Source of the DNA: Spirochaetia bacterium
Lineage (GTDB): Bacteria > Spirochaetota > Spirochaetia > UBA9216
Length of the DNA stretch: 64,000 bases
Reading direction: 5' to 3'
Assembly (NCBI GenBank): GCA_965140585.1
Contig: OZ223264.1
Coordinates: 672,001-736,000, forward strand
Part shown: positions 30,130-39,345 of the stretch, piece by piece
Layout: every line of letters starts with the position of its first letter
Numbering within the stretch: the first letter of the stretch is position 1
Position numbers and translations under genes: made by a program
Notes under the pieces: model-generated
Told to the model about the DNA's origin: nothing
Database searches by the model: none
What the model saw: the letters and a program-made list of their open reading frames with translations, nothing else

Positions 30130-30725
30130 AAAAAGACGGATTTTATGCAGAAAGAATTAAACCTGTTGTTGTGATGGCTGTTATTACAATCATCTGTATT
30201 GCAATCATATCGGGAATCTACCTTGCAACCCTCGATACGGTGACTGCAAACAACGGCCTTTTTCAGAAAAAAGCGGTTCTCTACGCCGGTGGTATTGAGG
30301 TTCCGGAGTCTAATGCAACTGTAAATGAGCTGTATGCACAAAGGGTGTCAGAAAATAACGGTGTTTTTATTATCAAGGGTTCAGACGGAAATCCTGCTGC
30401 TTATGCCTTTATCATCTCAGGGCCTGGGCTCTGGGGTACAATAGAGGCTGTAACAGCCTTTGAACCTGATTTTAAGACTTTTACAGGTGTTGAGTTTACC
30501 GATCAGAATGAAACTCCTGGACTCGGAGCCAGAATAACTGAAACCTGGTTCAAGGAGCAGCTTCGCGGAAAGACCGGCCCCCTGACTATGGTTCCCGAAG
30601 GTTCCCCGACTTCAGATACCGAAATCGATGCCATAACCGGTGCTTCCCGTACCAGCGGCTATGTTCTTGATATCTTCAACAGGGCTGCTGAAAAGGCAGA
30701 AGAGATTGAAAAGGAGGTAATGTAA
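30126..30725 (+). CDS. NqrC/RnfG family FMN-binding subunit
   Basis: N-terminal TM, GPGLWGTI, QNETPGLGA, IDAITGASRTS flavinylation motif. Confidence 0.9.
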   Translation: MKKDGFYAERIKPVVVMAVITIICIAIISGIYLATLDTVTANNGLFQKKAVLYAGGIEVPESNATVNELYAQRVSENNGVFIIKGSDGNPAAYAFIISGPGLWGTIEAVTAFEPDFKTFTGVEFTDQNETPGLGARITETWFKEQLRGKTGPLTMVPEGSPTSDTEIDAITGASRTSGYVLDIFNRAAEKAEEIEKEVM

Positions 30726-31318
30726 TGGCATCAGGAAAAATCGCCAAAACCTTCATAAGTCCGCTTGGAAAGGACAACCCGGTTTTCATACAGATCCTGG
30801 GAATATGCTCAACCCTTGCGGTAACAAACAAACTTGAAAATACAATTGTCATGACACTCGGGGTTTTGTTTACCACAGCTCTTTCATCATTCACATTCTC
30901 AGCCCTGCGGAAGGTTATTCCGGGCAGAATAAGGATGATGGTTGAAACTCTTATCATTGCAACCTACGTTATTATTGTTGATATAGTGCTTAAGGCCTAT
31001 CTTCCTGAGATCTCAAAGCAGCTGGGACCCTATGTCGGACTTATAATCACCAACTGTATTGTTATGGGCCGTATGGAGGCTTTCGCCGCCAGCAATCCCC
31101 CTGGACTGAGTCTTATAGACGGTCTTGCGTCGGGAATCGGATATTCATATGTACTGATAATAATTGCTTTTTTCAGGGAACTACTGGGCTCGGGAACAAT
31201 CCTGGGAATCAGTGTTTTCGGAAGCTGGTGGACGAACTGGGCAATCATGATTATGCCGCCCGGTGCTTTCTTCATGCTGGCAATCTTTATCTGGATAGTT
31301 AAGGGGAGGTCAGAATGA
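30725..31318 (+). CDS. NqrD/RnfE family membrane subunit
   Basis: NPVFIQILGICSTLAVT, YVGLIITNCIVMGR, RELLGSG, PPGAF. Confidence 0.92.
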   Translation: MASGKIAKTFISPLGKDNPVFIQILGICSTLAVTNKLENTIVMTLGVLFTTALSSFTFSALRKVIPGRIRMMVETLIIATYVIIVDIVLKAYLPEISKQLGPYVGLIITNCIVMGRMEAFAASNPPGLSLIDGLASGIGYSYVLIIIAFFRELLGSGTILGISVFGSWWTNWAIMIMPPGAFFMLAIFIWIVKGRSE

Positions 31319-31902
31319 ACATGCTGCCAGTAGCCATTTTCTTCGGCTCAATTTTTACCGGAAACATTCTGCTTGCTAATTATCTTGGAATGTGTTCCTT
31401 CCTGTCTGTTTCAAAGGAAATTAAGACATCAACAGGTCTGGGTGCTGCGGTTATTTTTGTAATGGCTGTAACCACACTTTTAAACTGGATAGTCTATCAC
31501 TACCTGCTGATACCCCTGGGGCTGGAATATCTTCGGTTTATTGTATTTATCGTTGTTATAGCCGCCTTCGTACAGCTGGTTGAAATGATAATTGAAAGAG
31601 TCAGTGAAGGTTTGTATGCCGCACTTGGAATCTTTCTACCGCTCATTACTGTAAACTGTGCTATTCTTGGTGTCAGCCTTTTTATGGTAATCCGTGATTA
31701 TGATCTGATTTCTTCATTTTTCTTTGGACTGGGAAGCGGTGTAGGCTGGTTTCTTGCCATTCTTGCAATGGCCGGAATCAGAAAAAAGATAGCGTCGGCT
31801 CCGGTGCCTAAAGGTCTTGAAGGTCCGGGAATCACGCTGATCATAGCCGGAATGATGGCCCTTGCCTTTATGGGCTTTTCCGGAATGATAAATATAAGTT
31901 AG
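31315..31902 (+). CDS. NqrE/RnfA family membrane subunit
   Basis: NILLANYLGMCSFL, FLPLITVNCAILG, GIRKK, LAFMGFSG. Confidence 0.92.
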   Translation: MNMLPVAIFFGSIFTGNILLANYLGMCSFLSVSKEIKTSTGLGAAVIFVMAVTTLLNWIVYHYLLIPLGLEYLRFIVFIVVIAAFVQLVEMIIERVSEGLYAALGIFLPLITVNCAILGVSLFMVIRDYDLISSFFFGLGSGVGWFLAILAMAGIRKKIASAPVPKGLEGPGITLIIAGMMALAFMGFSGMINIS

Positions 31903-31912
31903 GGAGGTTTCG

Positions 31913-33022
31913 ATGTTTTCTGTATCAGCACTTTTAATAAGCATCGGGGCCATTACTGCCCTGACAGTAATTCTGGCGGTAATTCTTGTCGTTGCAGATG
32001 CTTTCATTGCCAATTATGGTGAGGTTAACATCAATATCAACGGCAAAAAGGATATCACCGTCAAAGGCGGACGAACCCTTCTTTCGACGCTTATGGAGAA
32101 GGAAATCTTTATTCCTTCGGCCTGCGGCGGCCGCGGTTCCTGCGGACTCTGCAAGGTCAGGGTTCTGGACGGAGCGGGACAGTATCTTCCTACCGAACTC
32201 CCCTGGATAAGCAAGGAAGAGCAGGCTGAGAAGATAAGGCTTTCCTGTCAGGTCAAAGTTAAAAATGACATGGAGATCAAAATTCCTGAAGAGCTGTTCA
32301 ATGTACGTCAGTATCAGACCGAAGTTGCCAGTATCAAGGACCTTACGCATGATATCAAGGAAGTCACTTTTAAGCTTCTTAAGCCCGATGATATCAACTT
32401 CAAGGCCGGTCAGTTTGTTCAGATTATGACACCCGAGTACAAACTCAGTGATGAGTCGGTATTCAGGGCCTACTCAATTTCTTCATCTCCATCTGTCAAA
32501 GACAGTGTAGAGCTTGAGATTCGCCTGGTTCCAAACGGAATATGTACAACATACGTGCACCAGTTTCTTAAAGAAGGCGATAAGGTTACTGTGAACGGGC
32601 CCTATGGTGATTTCTTTCTGCGGGATACCGACCGGGATATCATTTGCATTGCCGGTGGTTCGGGAAATGCCCCTATTAAATCAATCCTTCTGGACATGGC
32701 GGAAAACGGAAACCAGCGAAATGTTAAGTATTTTTATGGAGCGCGCACCCGCAAGGATTTAGTCCTTCCTGATGAAATGGCTGCAATCAGTGAGAAGCTT
32801 CCAAACTACAAATACATTCCGGTTCTATCGGAGCCTTCCGAGGAGGATAAGTGGGACGGAGCCACCGGGTTTGTTACTGATGCAGTGGCCGATTCACTTG
32901 CTTCCGGGGATAATGTAGAAGCATATCTCTGTGGAAGTCCCGGAATGATTGATGCCTGTGTAAAAGTCCTGACATCCAAGGGTGTTCCGGAAGAGCTGAT
33001 TTACTATGATAAATTCGCCTGA
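31913..33022 (+). CDS. nqrF: NqrF-like NADH:FAD/[2Fe-2S] oxidoreductase subunit with N-terminal membrane anchor
   Basis: PSACGGRGSCGLC..RLSCQ, RAYSISS, GPYGDF, GGSGNAP, AYLCGSPGM, YDKF. Confidence 0.85.
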   Translation: MFSVSALLISIGAITALTVILAVILVVADAFIANYGEVNININGKKDITVKGGRTLLSTLMEKEIFIPSACGGRGSCGLCKVRVLDGAGQYLPTELPWISKEEQAEKIRLSCQVKVKNDMEIKIPEELFNVRQYQTEVASIKDLTHDIKEVTFKLLKPDDINFKAGQFVQIMTPEYKLSDESVFRAYSISSSPSVKDSVELEIRLVPNGICTTYVHQFLKEGDKVTVNGPYGDFFLRDTDRDIICIAGGSGNAPIKSILLDMAENGNQRNVKYFYGARTRKDLVLPDEMAAISEKLPNYKYIPVLSEPSEEDKWDGATGFVTDAVADSLASGDNVEAYLCGSPGMIDACVKVLTSKGVPEELIYYDKFA

Positions 33023-33037
33023 TGAACGGAGGTAAAA

Positions 33038-33499
33038 GTGAAAGAAAATCCTGCAATGCATAAAATTATAGAAAACATGAAACCGGGAGTTATTTCTCTT
33101 AACGGTTTTATGGGTGAAGATTCCCGCAGCATCGAAGAGATAATCGATCATGATGCTATGACTCTCGAAAAAATAGAGCTGACCCGAGATGAAATTGCCG
33201 ACAGACTGGAAGCTCTGCGGGAAAAAGCACTTGAGGGCTTTGGAGATTTTATAAACATCTCGGATGACTACATGGTAAAAGCCGATTCAGTTCGGGGAAA
33301 ACTGCCATGTCCCTTTGCTCATCCCGGTCTGTTCCGTAAGACAGTTATAACCGTTGCAAACAAGAAAACCGATGATGAGATGTTTTATACAGATCTTGGT
33401 ATTCACCTGATTCGGGAACACGGTTTCTTTCAGGGGAAGGGAAGTTTCTTCAGACTTGAACCGGAAGCTCTTCTCTTTTTAAAGGATATACAGGGCTGA
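33038..33499 (+). CDS. Hypothetical protein, last gene of the nqr-like operon
   Basis: GGAGGT SD plus GTG; 153-aa soluble protein with RGKLPCPF and HLIREHGFFQGKGSFFRLEP. Confidence 0.75.
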   Translation: MKENPAMHKIIENMKPGVISLNGFMGEDSRSIEEIIDHDAMTLEKIELTRDEIADRLEALREKALEGFGDFINISDDYMVKADSVRGKLPCPFAHPGLFRKTVITVANKKTDDEMFYTDLGIHLIREHGFFQGKGSFFRLEPEALLFLKDIQG

Positions 33500-33513
33500 T
33501 AAGCGAGATATAC

Positions 33514-33554
33514 GGCTTAAGGCAGTTTTAAGCACATCTGTCTTAGGCCTTTTT
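33514..33554 (+). terminator. Terminator closing the nqr-like operon
   Basis: GGCTTAAGGCAG...CTGTCTTAGGCC stem followed by T5. Confidence 0.6.
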
Positions 33555-33640
33555 ATTTGTATATTGTTAAGATTCTATATAAATAAATAAAATTACTATT
33601 TGTACTTGAATTTACTGAATAAAGTCCTTAATTTATCTAT

Positions 33641-34495
33641 ATGACAAAACCGGTAAGAAATCTCACCGAAGAACAGACAGCAGAGATACTTGAAAGATTT
33701 TATAAAAAGTACCATAAACCGGAATATATAAATCCGGATCCGCTTATTTTTCCGCTTCGGTATACAGATTTTAAGGATATAGAAGCCTCGGCTTTTATTT
33801 CAGCTGCATTTGCACTCGGCCGTGTAAACGCAATCCTCGATTTTTTAGAAAAACTTTTTTTACGTCTCGGCAGTCCTTATGAAGGACTTGTTAACCGTTC
33901 AGAAGCAGAGCTGACGAGTTTGGCTGAGGGGCTTAAATACCGGTTTTATTCTGAATCTGATATCGGAAAATTCCTTGCCGGTCTTCGCAGGATTTATATT
34001 GATTATGGCTCGCTGGAGAAATGCTTCTCCGAAGGTGTTGAGCAGAATCCGGAAGCAGGCCTTATTGCTTCGGGGCTGGGAAATATATATAAAAGCATTT
34101 ACAGCAGGCCGGAGAAGTTTGATGCCGGCTGCAGAGATGCTGCAGATGAACGCCCTGTGGAGCGAAGTGTTATAGCCAACCCGGACTGCGGCAGTGCCTG
34201 TAAGAGACAGAGTCTTTTTCTGCGATGGATGGTGAGGTCCGATAATATTGATCCGGGAGGGTGGAAGCTGGATAAATCCCAGCTGATTATCCCGGTGGAT
34301 ACCCATGTAATGAAGGTGAGCACCTTTCTGGGCCTCACAAATAGAAAGAGTGCCGATTTTACAACTGCTGTCGAAATAACTGACAGCCTCAAAAAGTTTG
34401 ACAAAGGGGATCCTGTAAGATATGATTTTAGTATGTCGAGAATCGGAATCCACCCTGATTTAACCTACAAAGAGTTGGAAGAACAATTAATTTAA
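33641..34495 (+). CDS. TIGR02757/DUF2400 family protein (HhH-GPD-like)
   Basis: PDPL.F, SACKR..LFLRWMVR, DPGGW, IPVDTHV, DPVRYDF. Confidence 0.88.
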   Translation: MTKPVRNLTEEQTAEILERFYKKYHKPEYINPDPLIFPLRYTDFKDIEASAFISAAFALGRVNAILDFLEKLFLRLGSPYEGLVNRSEAELTSLAEGLKYRFYSESDIGKFLAGLRRIYIDYGSLEKCFSEGVEQNPEAGLIASGLGNIYKSIYSRPEKFDAGCRDAADERPVERSVIANPDCGSACKRQSLFLRWMVRSDNIDPGGWKLDKSQLIIPVDTHVMKVSTFLGLTNRKSADFTTAVEITDSLKKFDKGDPVRYDFSMSRIGIHPDLTYKELEEQLI

Positions 34496-34511
34496 TCAAA
34501 GAGAGGGTAAA

Positions 34512-35087
34512 ATGAGTAGTTTAAAAGGTACAGAGACGGAAAAATGTCTTCTTAAATCCTTCGCGGGTGAGTCTCAGGCAAGAAACAGGTACACCTATTT
34601 CGCCAGCGTAGCAAAAAAAGAAGGTTATGTTCAGATATCAAAGATATTTGAAGAAACCGCGGATCAGGAAAAAGAACATGCAAAAAGAATGTTCAAATTC
34701 CTTGAAGGCGGAATGGTAGAGATCACAGCATCATATCCTGCTGGAAAGATCGGTACGACTGCGGAAAACCTTGCTGAAGCTGCAGCAGGTGAAAATGAAG
34801 AATGGACCGAAATTTATCCGGGTTTTGCAAAAATTGCAAGGGAAGAAGGCTTTAAGGCTGTTGCAGATATGTACGAAGCTGTCTGTGTCTCGGAAAAACA
34901 GCATGAAAAACGATACAAAGATCTTCTTGCTAACATTGAAAGCGGAGAAGTTTTTAAAAGAAGTGAAAAAACAGTCTGGAGATGTCTTAACTGCGGTTAC
35001 CTTCATGAGGCAGAAGCTGCCCCTGAAGTTTGTCCGGCATGTGCACATCCTAAGGCTTATTTTGAAATACTCGGTGAAAACTGGTAA
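34512..35087 (+). CDS. rbr: Rubrerythrin
   Basis: [27 protein letters not shown]-terminal CLNCG..CPAC. Confidence 0.96.
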   Translation: MSSLKGTETEKCLLKSFAGESQARNRYTYFASVAKKEGYVQISKIFEETADQEKEHAKRMFKFLEGGMVEITASYPAGKIGTTAENLAEAAAGENEEWTEIYPGFAKIAREEGFKAVADMYEAVCVSEKQHEKRYKDLLANIESGEVFKRSEKTVWRCLNCGYLHEAEAAPEVCPACAHPKAYFEILGENW

Positions 35088-35098
35088 AGGAGAGCAAA

Positions 35099-35482
35099 AT
35101 GATAAAAGAGAAAAAAGAAGTTTACAAATGCAGTCTTTGCGGTAATGTCGTAGAAGTATTGCATGCTGGCGGCGGCGACCTCGTCTGCTGCGGACAACCA
35201 ATGGATAAGCTGGAAGAAAAGGCAGCTGATTCATCAACCGAAAAGCATGTACCCGTAATCGAGGCTATCGACGGCGGTTACAAGGTAACAGTTGGAAGTA
35301 CTCTCCATCCTATGCTTGATGAACATTTTATCGAGTGGATCGAGATTAATTTTGATGGAAAAAGCGGAAAGAAATTCCTGGCCCCCGGAGATCAGCCTGT
35401 AGCTGAGTTCATGTGCGGCACCCATGATAATGTAACAGCCCGTGAATACTGTAACCTTCACGGTTTGTGGAAAAGCAACTAA
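35099..35482 (+). CDS. dfx: Desulfoferrodoxin (superoxide reductase)
   Basis: [33 protein letters not shown]. Confidence 0.96.
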   Translation: MIKEKKEVYKCSLCGNVVEVLHAGGGDLVCCGQPMDKLEEKAADSSTEKHVPVIEAIDGGYKVTVGSTLHPMLDEHFIEWIEINFDGKSGKKFLAPGDQPVAEFMCGTHDNVTAREYCNLHGLWKSN

Positions 35483-35497
35483 TTAAGGAGTAATAGT

Positions 35498-35659
35498 ATG
35501 CAGAAGTATGTATGTGATGTATGCGGATATGTTTATGATCCGGCAGAAGGTGATCCCGATAACGGTGTAGCAGCAGGAACTGCATTTGCAGATATCCCCG
35601 AAGACTGGGTTTGTCCAATGTGCGGCGCATCCAAGGATGATTTTTCACCTGAAGATTAA
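35498..35659 (+). CDS. rub: Rubredoxin (53 aa)
   Basis: Read manually: [53 protein letters not shown]; AAGGAG SD. Below the ORF-track length cutoff. Confidence 0.97.
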   Translation: MQKYVCDVCGYVYDPAEGDPDNGVAAGTAFADIPEDWVCPMCGASKDDFSPED

Positions 35660-35664
35660 TAACC

Positions 35665-36594
35665 TTATTGTTCTTTGAAGCGTATATCTGCCCGTACTGC
35701 GGAGTGATCCGACAGTATATAGGGCAGAGTTTCATAGTGAACAAATTCCATTTCGTCTGAGATTAGAATCCAATCCAGGCGTCTTTTACCCGGCAGTCTT
35801 GTCGGGTATTTTTTTGATTCAGGATCCCATGCCTGCAGATTGAGTTTTTCGGCAAGATACTGGACGGCCGAGCCTGTTCGCCAGCCGCAGTTGAAGTCGC
35901 CGGCTATGATTACCGGGTAGTCATATGAGGCAAGCTTTTCAATGATAGCGTCCGCCTGTTTTCTTCTCATGAAACCGAAAATCGGATCCAGATGGACAGA
36001 TACTACACAGACATGCCGGTCGTCGGTTTCGGATACCTTGAAGACTCCGAGGGTGAAGCCCTTGGGCAGGACAACCGGTCTTGCCCTGAAGGTGAATGAT
36101 TCAGCTGTTGAGTAGGGGAGACTGCTCAGCACTGCTGTTCCATAGCTGAGCGCAGGGATATCAACATTCTTGGTCCATATACCATGTGCATATCCGGAGG
36201 CTTCGGCAAGATGCTCAATCAAATCGAGCCCGCCGTTCCATAATCCCGGCCCGTCAACCTCCTGCAGTGCTGTAAGCGTGATATCCTCCTTCAGTACTAT
36301 TTCAGCGATGTAGTCGGCGTTGGATGTGATTTTCTTTCGGCCCTGTGTCATCTGATTTAAACCGGCGCCCCTGCCGTGCCCGATATTTAGCGACATTACA
36401 GAAAAATCGCTGGTATGATATCCGGTGTGATCAGGGTGAGTATTCTGTTCAAAATAAAATGAAACCGGTACGGCATCGACTTTACCTGATATAAGAAAGG
36501 GTGCTGTTGACAGGAGAATGATAAGGACTGCAGCTGCAATTATGATAAAAATGATATTCCTTACTCCTTTTCCGGTTCTTGAATGATTGTTCAT
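35665..36594 (-). CDS. Endonuclease/exonuclease/phosphatase family protein, membrane-anchored
   Basis: SLNIGHG, LQEVD, YGTAVLS, SVHL, AGDFN, LDWI, SDH. Confidence 0.88.
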   Translation of the reverse strand: MNNHSRTGKGVRNIIFIIIAAAVLIILLSTAPFLISGKVDAVPVSFYFEQNTHPDHTGYHTSDFSVMSLNIGHGRGAGLNQMTQGRKKITSNADYIAEIVLKEDITLTALQEVDGPGLWNGGLDLIEHLAEASGYAHGIWTKNVDIPALSYGTAVLSSLPYSTAESFTFRARPVVLPKGFTLGVFKVSETDDRHVCVVSVHLDPIFGFMRRKQADAIIEKLASYDYPVIIAGDFNCGWRTGSAVQYLAEKLNLQAWDPESKKYPTRLPGKRRLDWILISDEMEFVHYETLPYILSDHSAVRADIRFKEQ

Positions 36595-36679
36595 AGCAAA
36601 AAATAATATCCGTCTGTCATAATTCTAATAATAAATCTGAGCGATGGCAAATACTTATGAATAATCATATATTGTTTCA

Positions 36680-37642
36680 ATGAAAAGAAAAACCGCCATG
36701 TTTTTCAGCCTGCTGTCTGTTCTCTGCTGGGCTGTCAGTCCAACGCTTATCAGGCTTGTTAAAGACTGGTTTTCTGTGGGATTTCAGAACTTTTTCAGAT
36801 ACAGCCTGTCGCTTGTTATCCTCTGGATTTTCACAGCAGTCAGTCTGCGTAAAACAAGCCTGCGTTCGAGGTTTGCTCTGATGAAAAAGCATGTCCCTTC
36901 ACTGATTCTGACGGCTGTTTTTAATTTTACACATCAGTATTTTCTGATAGCAGGAGTTTTTCTTTTATTTCCCGGGATCACTGCCATACTCGAGGAATCT
37001 ACACTTCTGTTCTCTTTTCTGCTGAGTTACCTTTTTATACCTTCGGAAAGATATTTTATACGTGACAGGATTCTTAGAACAGGAATTATTATTACGCTTA
37101 CCGGCCTGGCTTTTACTCTTATTCCTGAAGTCATTAGCAGCGGGTCCTCAGCTGCTGACGGCGGAAATTCTGTCAGGGGCGTTATCTATATTCTCATTTC
37201 TTCAGCTTCGTGGGCCTTGTTTACGTTTATGATTAAGACCAGAGTTCCCCCGGTTGAGTCCTACTTTGCGACAAGCTTCCTTTTTACTATTGTTGTTCCG
37301 CTGTTTGTAATCACAATGCTCTTTGAAGGCGGGGGACGGATAATACTTCCTGAGGCTCCGATGACAGCATGGGCTGTTCTTGCGGTATCCAGTCTTGTCG
37401 GTATTGGTCTGGCGTATTCTTTTTATTACACGTCTATTAAAATGGTGGGCATCATGTTCAGTTCTACGATTGGTCTTCTGATTCCCGTGATTGCTTCCAT
37501 AATTTCATTTTTTCTTTTTGATGAACGGCTCAGTCTGATTCAGATTGCCGGAAGTATTGTGCTTCTGTCGGGATGTCTGATAATAGTCCGGCGGGAAGCA
37601 GGGCTTTCTCAGGAGAGCAGAAATTCAGCTATTGAAGGCTGA
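36680..37642 (+). CDS. DMT/EamA family transporter
   Basis: About 10 TM helices in two EamA repeats; IPVIASIISFFLFDERLS. Confidence 0.88.
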   Translation: MKRKTAMFFSLLSVLCWAVSPTLIRLVKDWFSVGFQNFFRYSLSLVILWIFTAVSLRKTSLRSRFALMKKHVPSLILTAVFNFTHQYFLIAGVFLLFPGITAILEESTLLFSFLLSYLFIPSERYFIRDRILRTGIIITLTGLAFTLIPEVISSGSSAADGGNSVRGVIYILISSASWALFTFMIKTRVPPVESYFATSFLFTIVVPLFVITMLFEGGGRIILPEAPMTAWAVLAVSSLVGIGLAYSFYYTSIKMVGIMFSSTIGLLIPVIASIISFFLFDERLSLIQIAGSIVLLSGCLIIVRREAGLSQESRNSAIEG

Positions 37643-38460
37643 AGTTTAAGGCCTTTCTCGTATCCGTGCCTGTAAAGACTGTCCAGTTTTTCAAAATCTG
37701 ATTCTGTTCTTCCCACATCCATCGTATCATCGGGGAAGATTCGAAAAACCTGTCCGGCCTGTTCCTGTTTTTCGCAGTAGTCAAGCGATCTGTTGTACTC
37801 AAGGTGTCTGCTTTTCAGAGCCTTACCTACACCGGGCAGGTTTTTATACAGCAGTGATGTCAGGCCTGCAGATTTGGAGGGGTGTTTTCGGTAGCCGTCT
37901 TCCCGGGTTAGTATAATCAGGCATTTGCTGCAGCCGTCCTCAAAGGCCCTTTCTGCAGGAATTGAGTCGCTTAAGCCCCCGTCAAGAAACTTTCTGCCCA
38001 TGTGCTTCACAGGCGGAGAAACAAGCGGCAGACTGTTTGAGCCGGCAAGGATTTTCATCATAAACTCCTCATGACCGACACTGTGCCGTTCAACATATTC
38101 AGGTTTACCTGTTTCGCAGTCTGTCAGGCAGACCTTAAAGAGGGCAGGGTTTGAATCGAAGGTTTTATAATCAAAGGGTACAAGCTTATTCGGGTAGGTA
38201 TCGAAAAGTAGTCTGATATCAAGGAAGCTCTTTTGTTTCGGGAAGTGTTTCAGGCTGAAATAGCTGAACTCTTTTGTTTTCTCGACAAATATTTTGCGGT
38301 TTCTGCCCTTCTGCCTTGATATATATGAAGCGCCGTTGCTTGCGCCGGCTGAGACACCGCATACATAATCGAAGTAAAGTTCTTTTTCCAAAAATGCATC
38401 AAGAACACCGGCGGTGAACGCGCCGCGCATTCCACCGCCCTCGAGTATTAATCCATTCAT
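37609..38460 (-). CDS. Patatin-like phospholipase
   Basis: EGGGMRG, GVSAG, DGG. Confidence 0.92.
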   Translation of the reverse strand: MNGLILEGGGMRGAFTAGVLDAFLEKELYFDYVCGVSAGASNGASYISRQKGRNRKIFVEKTKEFSYFSLKHFPKQKSFLDIRLLFDTYPNKLVPFDYKTFDSNPALFKVCLTDCETGKPEYVERHSVGHEEFMMKILAGSNSLPLVSPPVKHMGRKFLDGGLSDSIPAERAFEDGCSKCLIILTREDGYRKHPSKSAGLTSLLYKNLPGVGKALKSRHLEYNRSLDYCEKQEQAGQVFRIFPDDTMDVGRTESDFEKLDSLYRHGYEKGLKLQPSIAEFLLS

Positions 38461-39341
38461 TCACTGAGCTTAATAGAACCGGAAACCGTATTCATCTCAA
38501 TACTGCTTCCTCCGTCTCCTATTTTTCCCTTTATTGTGTTATTTTTAACGGAGCTTACCATTACAGGAAAATCGGTATTCACCGAACCGCTTACAGAATG
38601 CAGATCAATATCCGCATTATCAAGCTCATCAAGCTTCAGTCTTACTCCGCCTGAAACAGATTTTATAGTTATTCTGCTTCGGCCGTCAATTACTGAGCCG
38701 CTCTCGCCGCTGATTCGGCCGGAGGTTGTGGTTGCCCTTATATCTCCGCCGTAGGCCTTGAAATCAATACTGCCGCTTACGCTCTTCGCGTCAAGCTCAT
38801 ATGCGCCCTCTGTTGAAATTGAGCCAGAGGTTGTGTTGAGTTTCTGCGTGGTTTCAGATTCAAGTTCATCAATTTTTATTTTACCGCTAACTGTTGAAGC
38901 CTCGATTTCAGTCAGGGATGAAGGCACCATCAGTACGAAATCAATTGAACCTGTAATTCCGGGTGTTTTGGGATAGACTGCTTTAAGGATCATTGTTTCG
39001 CCCGAGTACTCGACTTTATAATCAGGGAGCCTTCCCGGACCGTGCTTGTAGTATTCAACTTCTACGAGGCTTCCGGAGGAGCTTTTTACCGATATATCTC
39101 CGGATACATTTGAGATATCCAGATAGGAAACATCAGATTCGGCACTAAAGCTGCCCGATTCATCCGCTTCACTTTCGGAGGACCATGAGTCGTCGCTGCT
39201 GAATCCATCCCGGAATCCGTCTCTGAATCCGCCCATAAAATACGGTTTACTGAAAATCATTGTATAAGCCGAAAAAACAACCAGACCGAGAACTGCAAGG
39301 AAGCCGATAACATTTATAAAATCAAGCGAAGATCTTCTCAT
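38457..39341 (-). CDS. DUF4097 beta-strand-repeat protein
   Basis: N-terminal TM; repeated (N/T/S)VSG.I and TTSG motifs. Confidence 0.85.
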   Translation of the reverse strand: MRRSSLDFINVIGFLAVLGLVVFSAYTMIFSKPYFMGGFRDGFRDGFSSDDSWSSESEADESGSFSAESDVSYLDISNVSGDISVKSSSGSLVEVEYYKHGPGRLPDYKVEYSGETMILKAVYPKTPGITGSIDFVLMVPSSLTEIEASTVSGKIKIDELESETTQKLNTTSGSISTEGAYELDAKSVSGSIDFKAYGGDIRATTTSGRISGESGSVIDGRSRITIKSVSGGVRLKLDELDNADIDLHSVSGSVNTDFPVMVSSVKNNTIKGKIGDGGSSIEMNTVSGSIKLSE

Positions 39342-39345
39342 AATC

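Noticed and set aside
29164-33022. Calling the operon a standard Rnf or a standard Na+-NQR
   Set aside because: There is no RnfB or RnfC, so it is not Rnf. There is no NqrA and the B subunit is short, so it is not canonical NQR. Gene symbols were withheld for subunits B-E.
33899-35237. Long minus-strand ORFs (184 aa and 168 aa) opposite TIGR02757 and rbr
   Set aside because: Antisense shadows with no recognisable motifs or translation signals.
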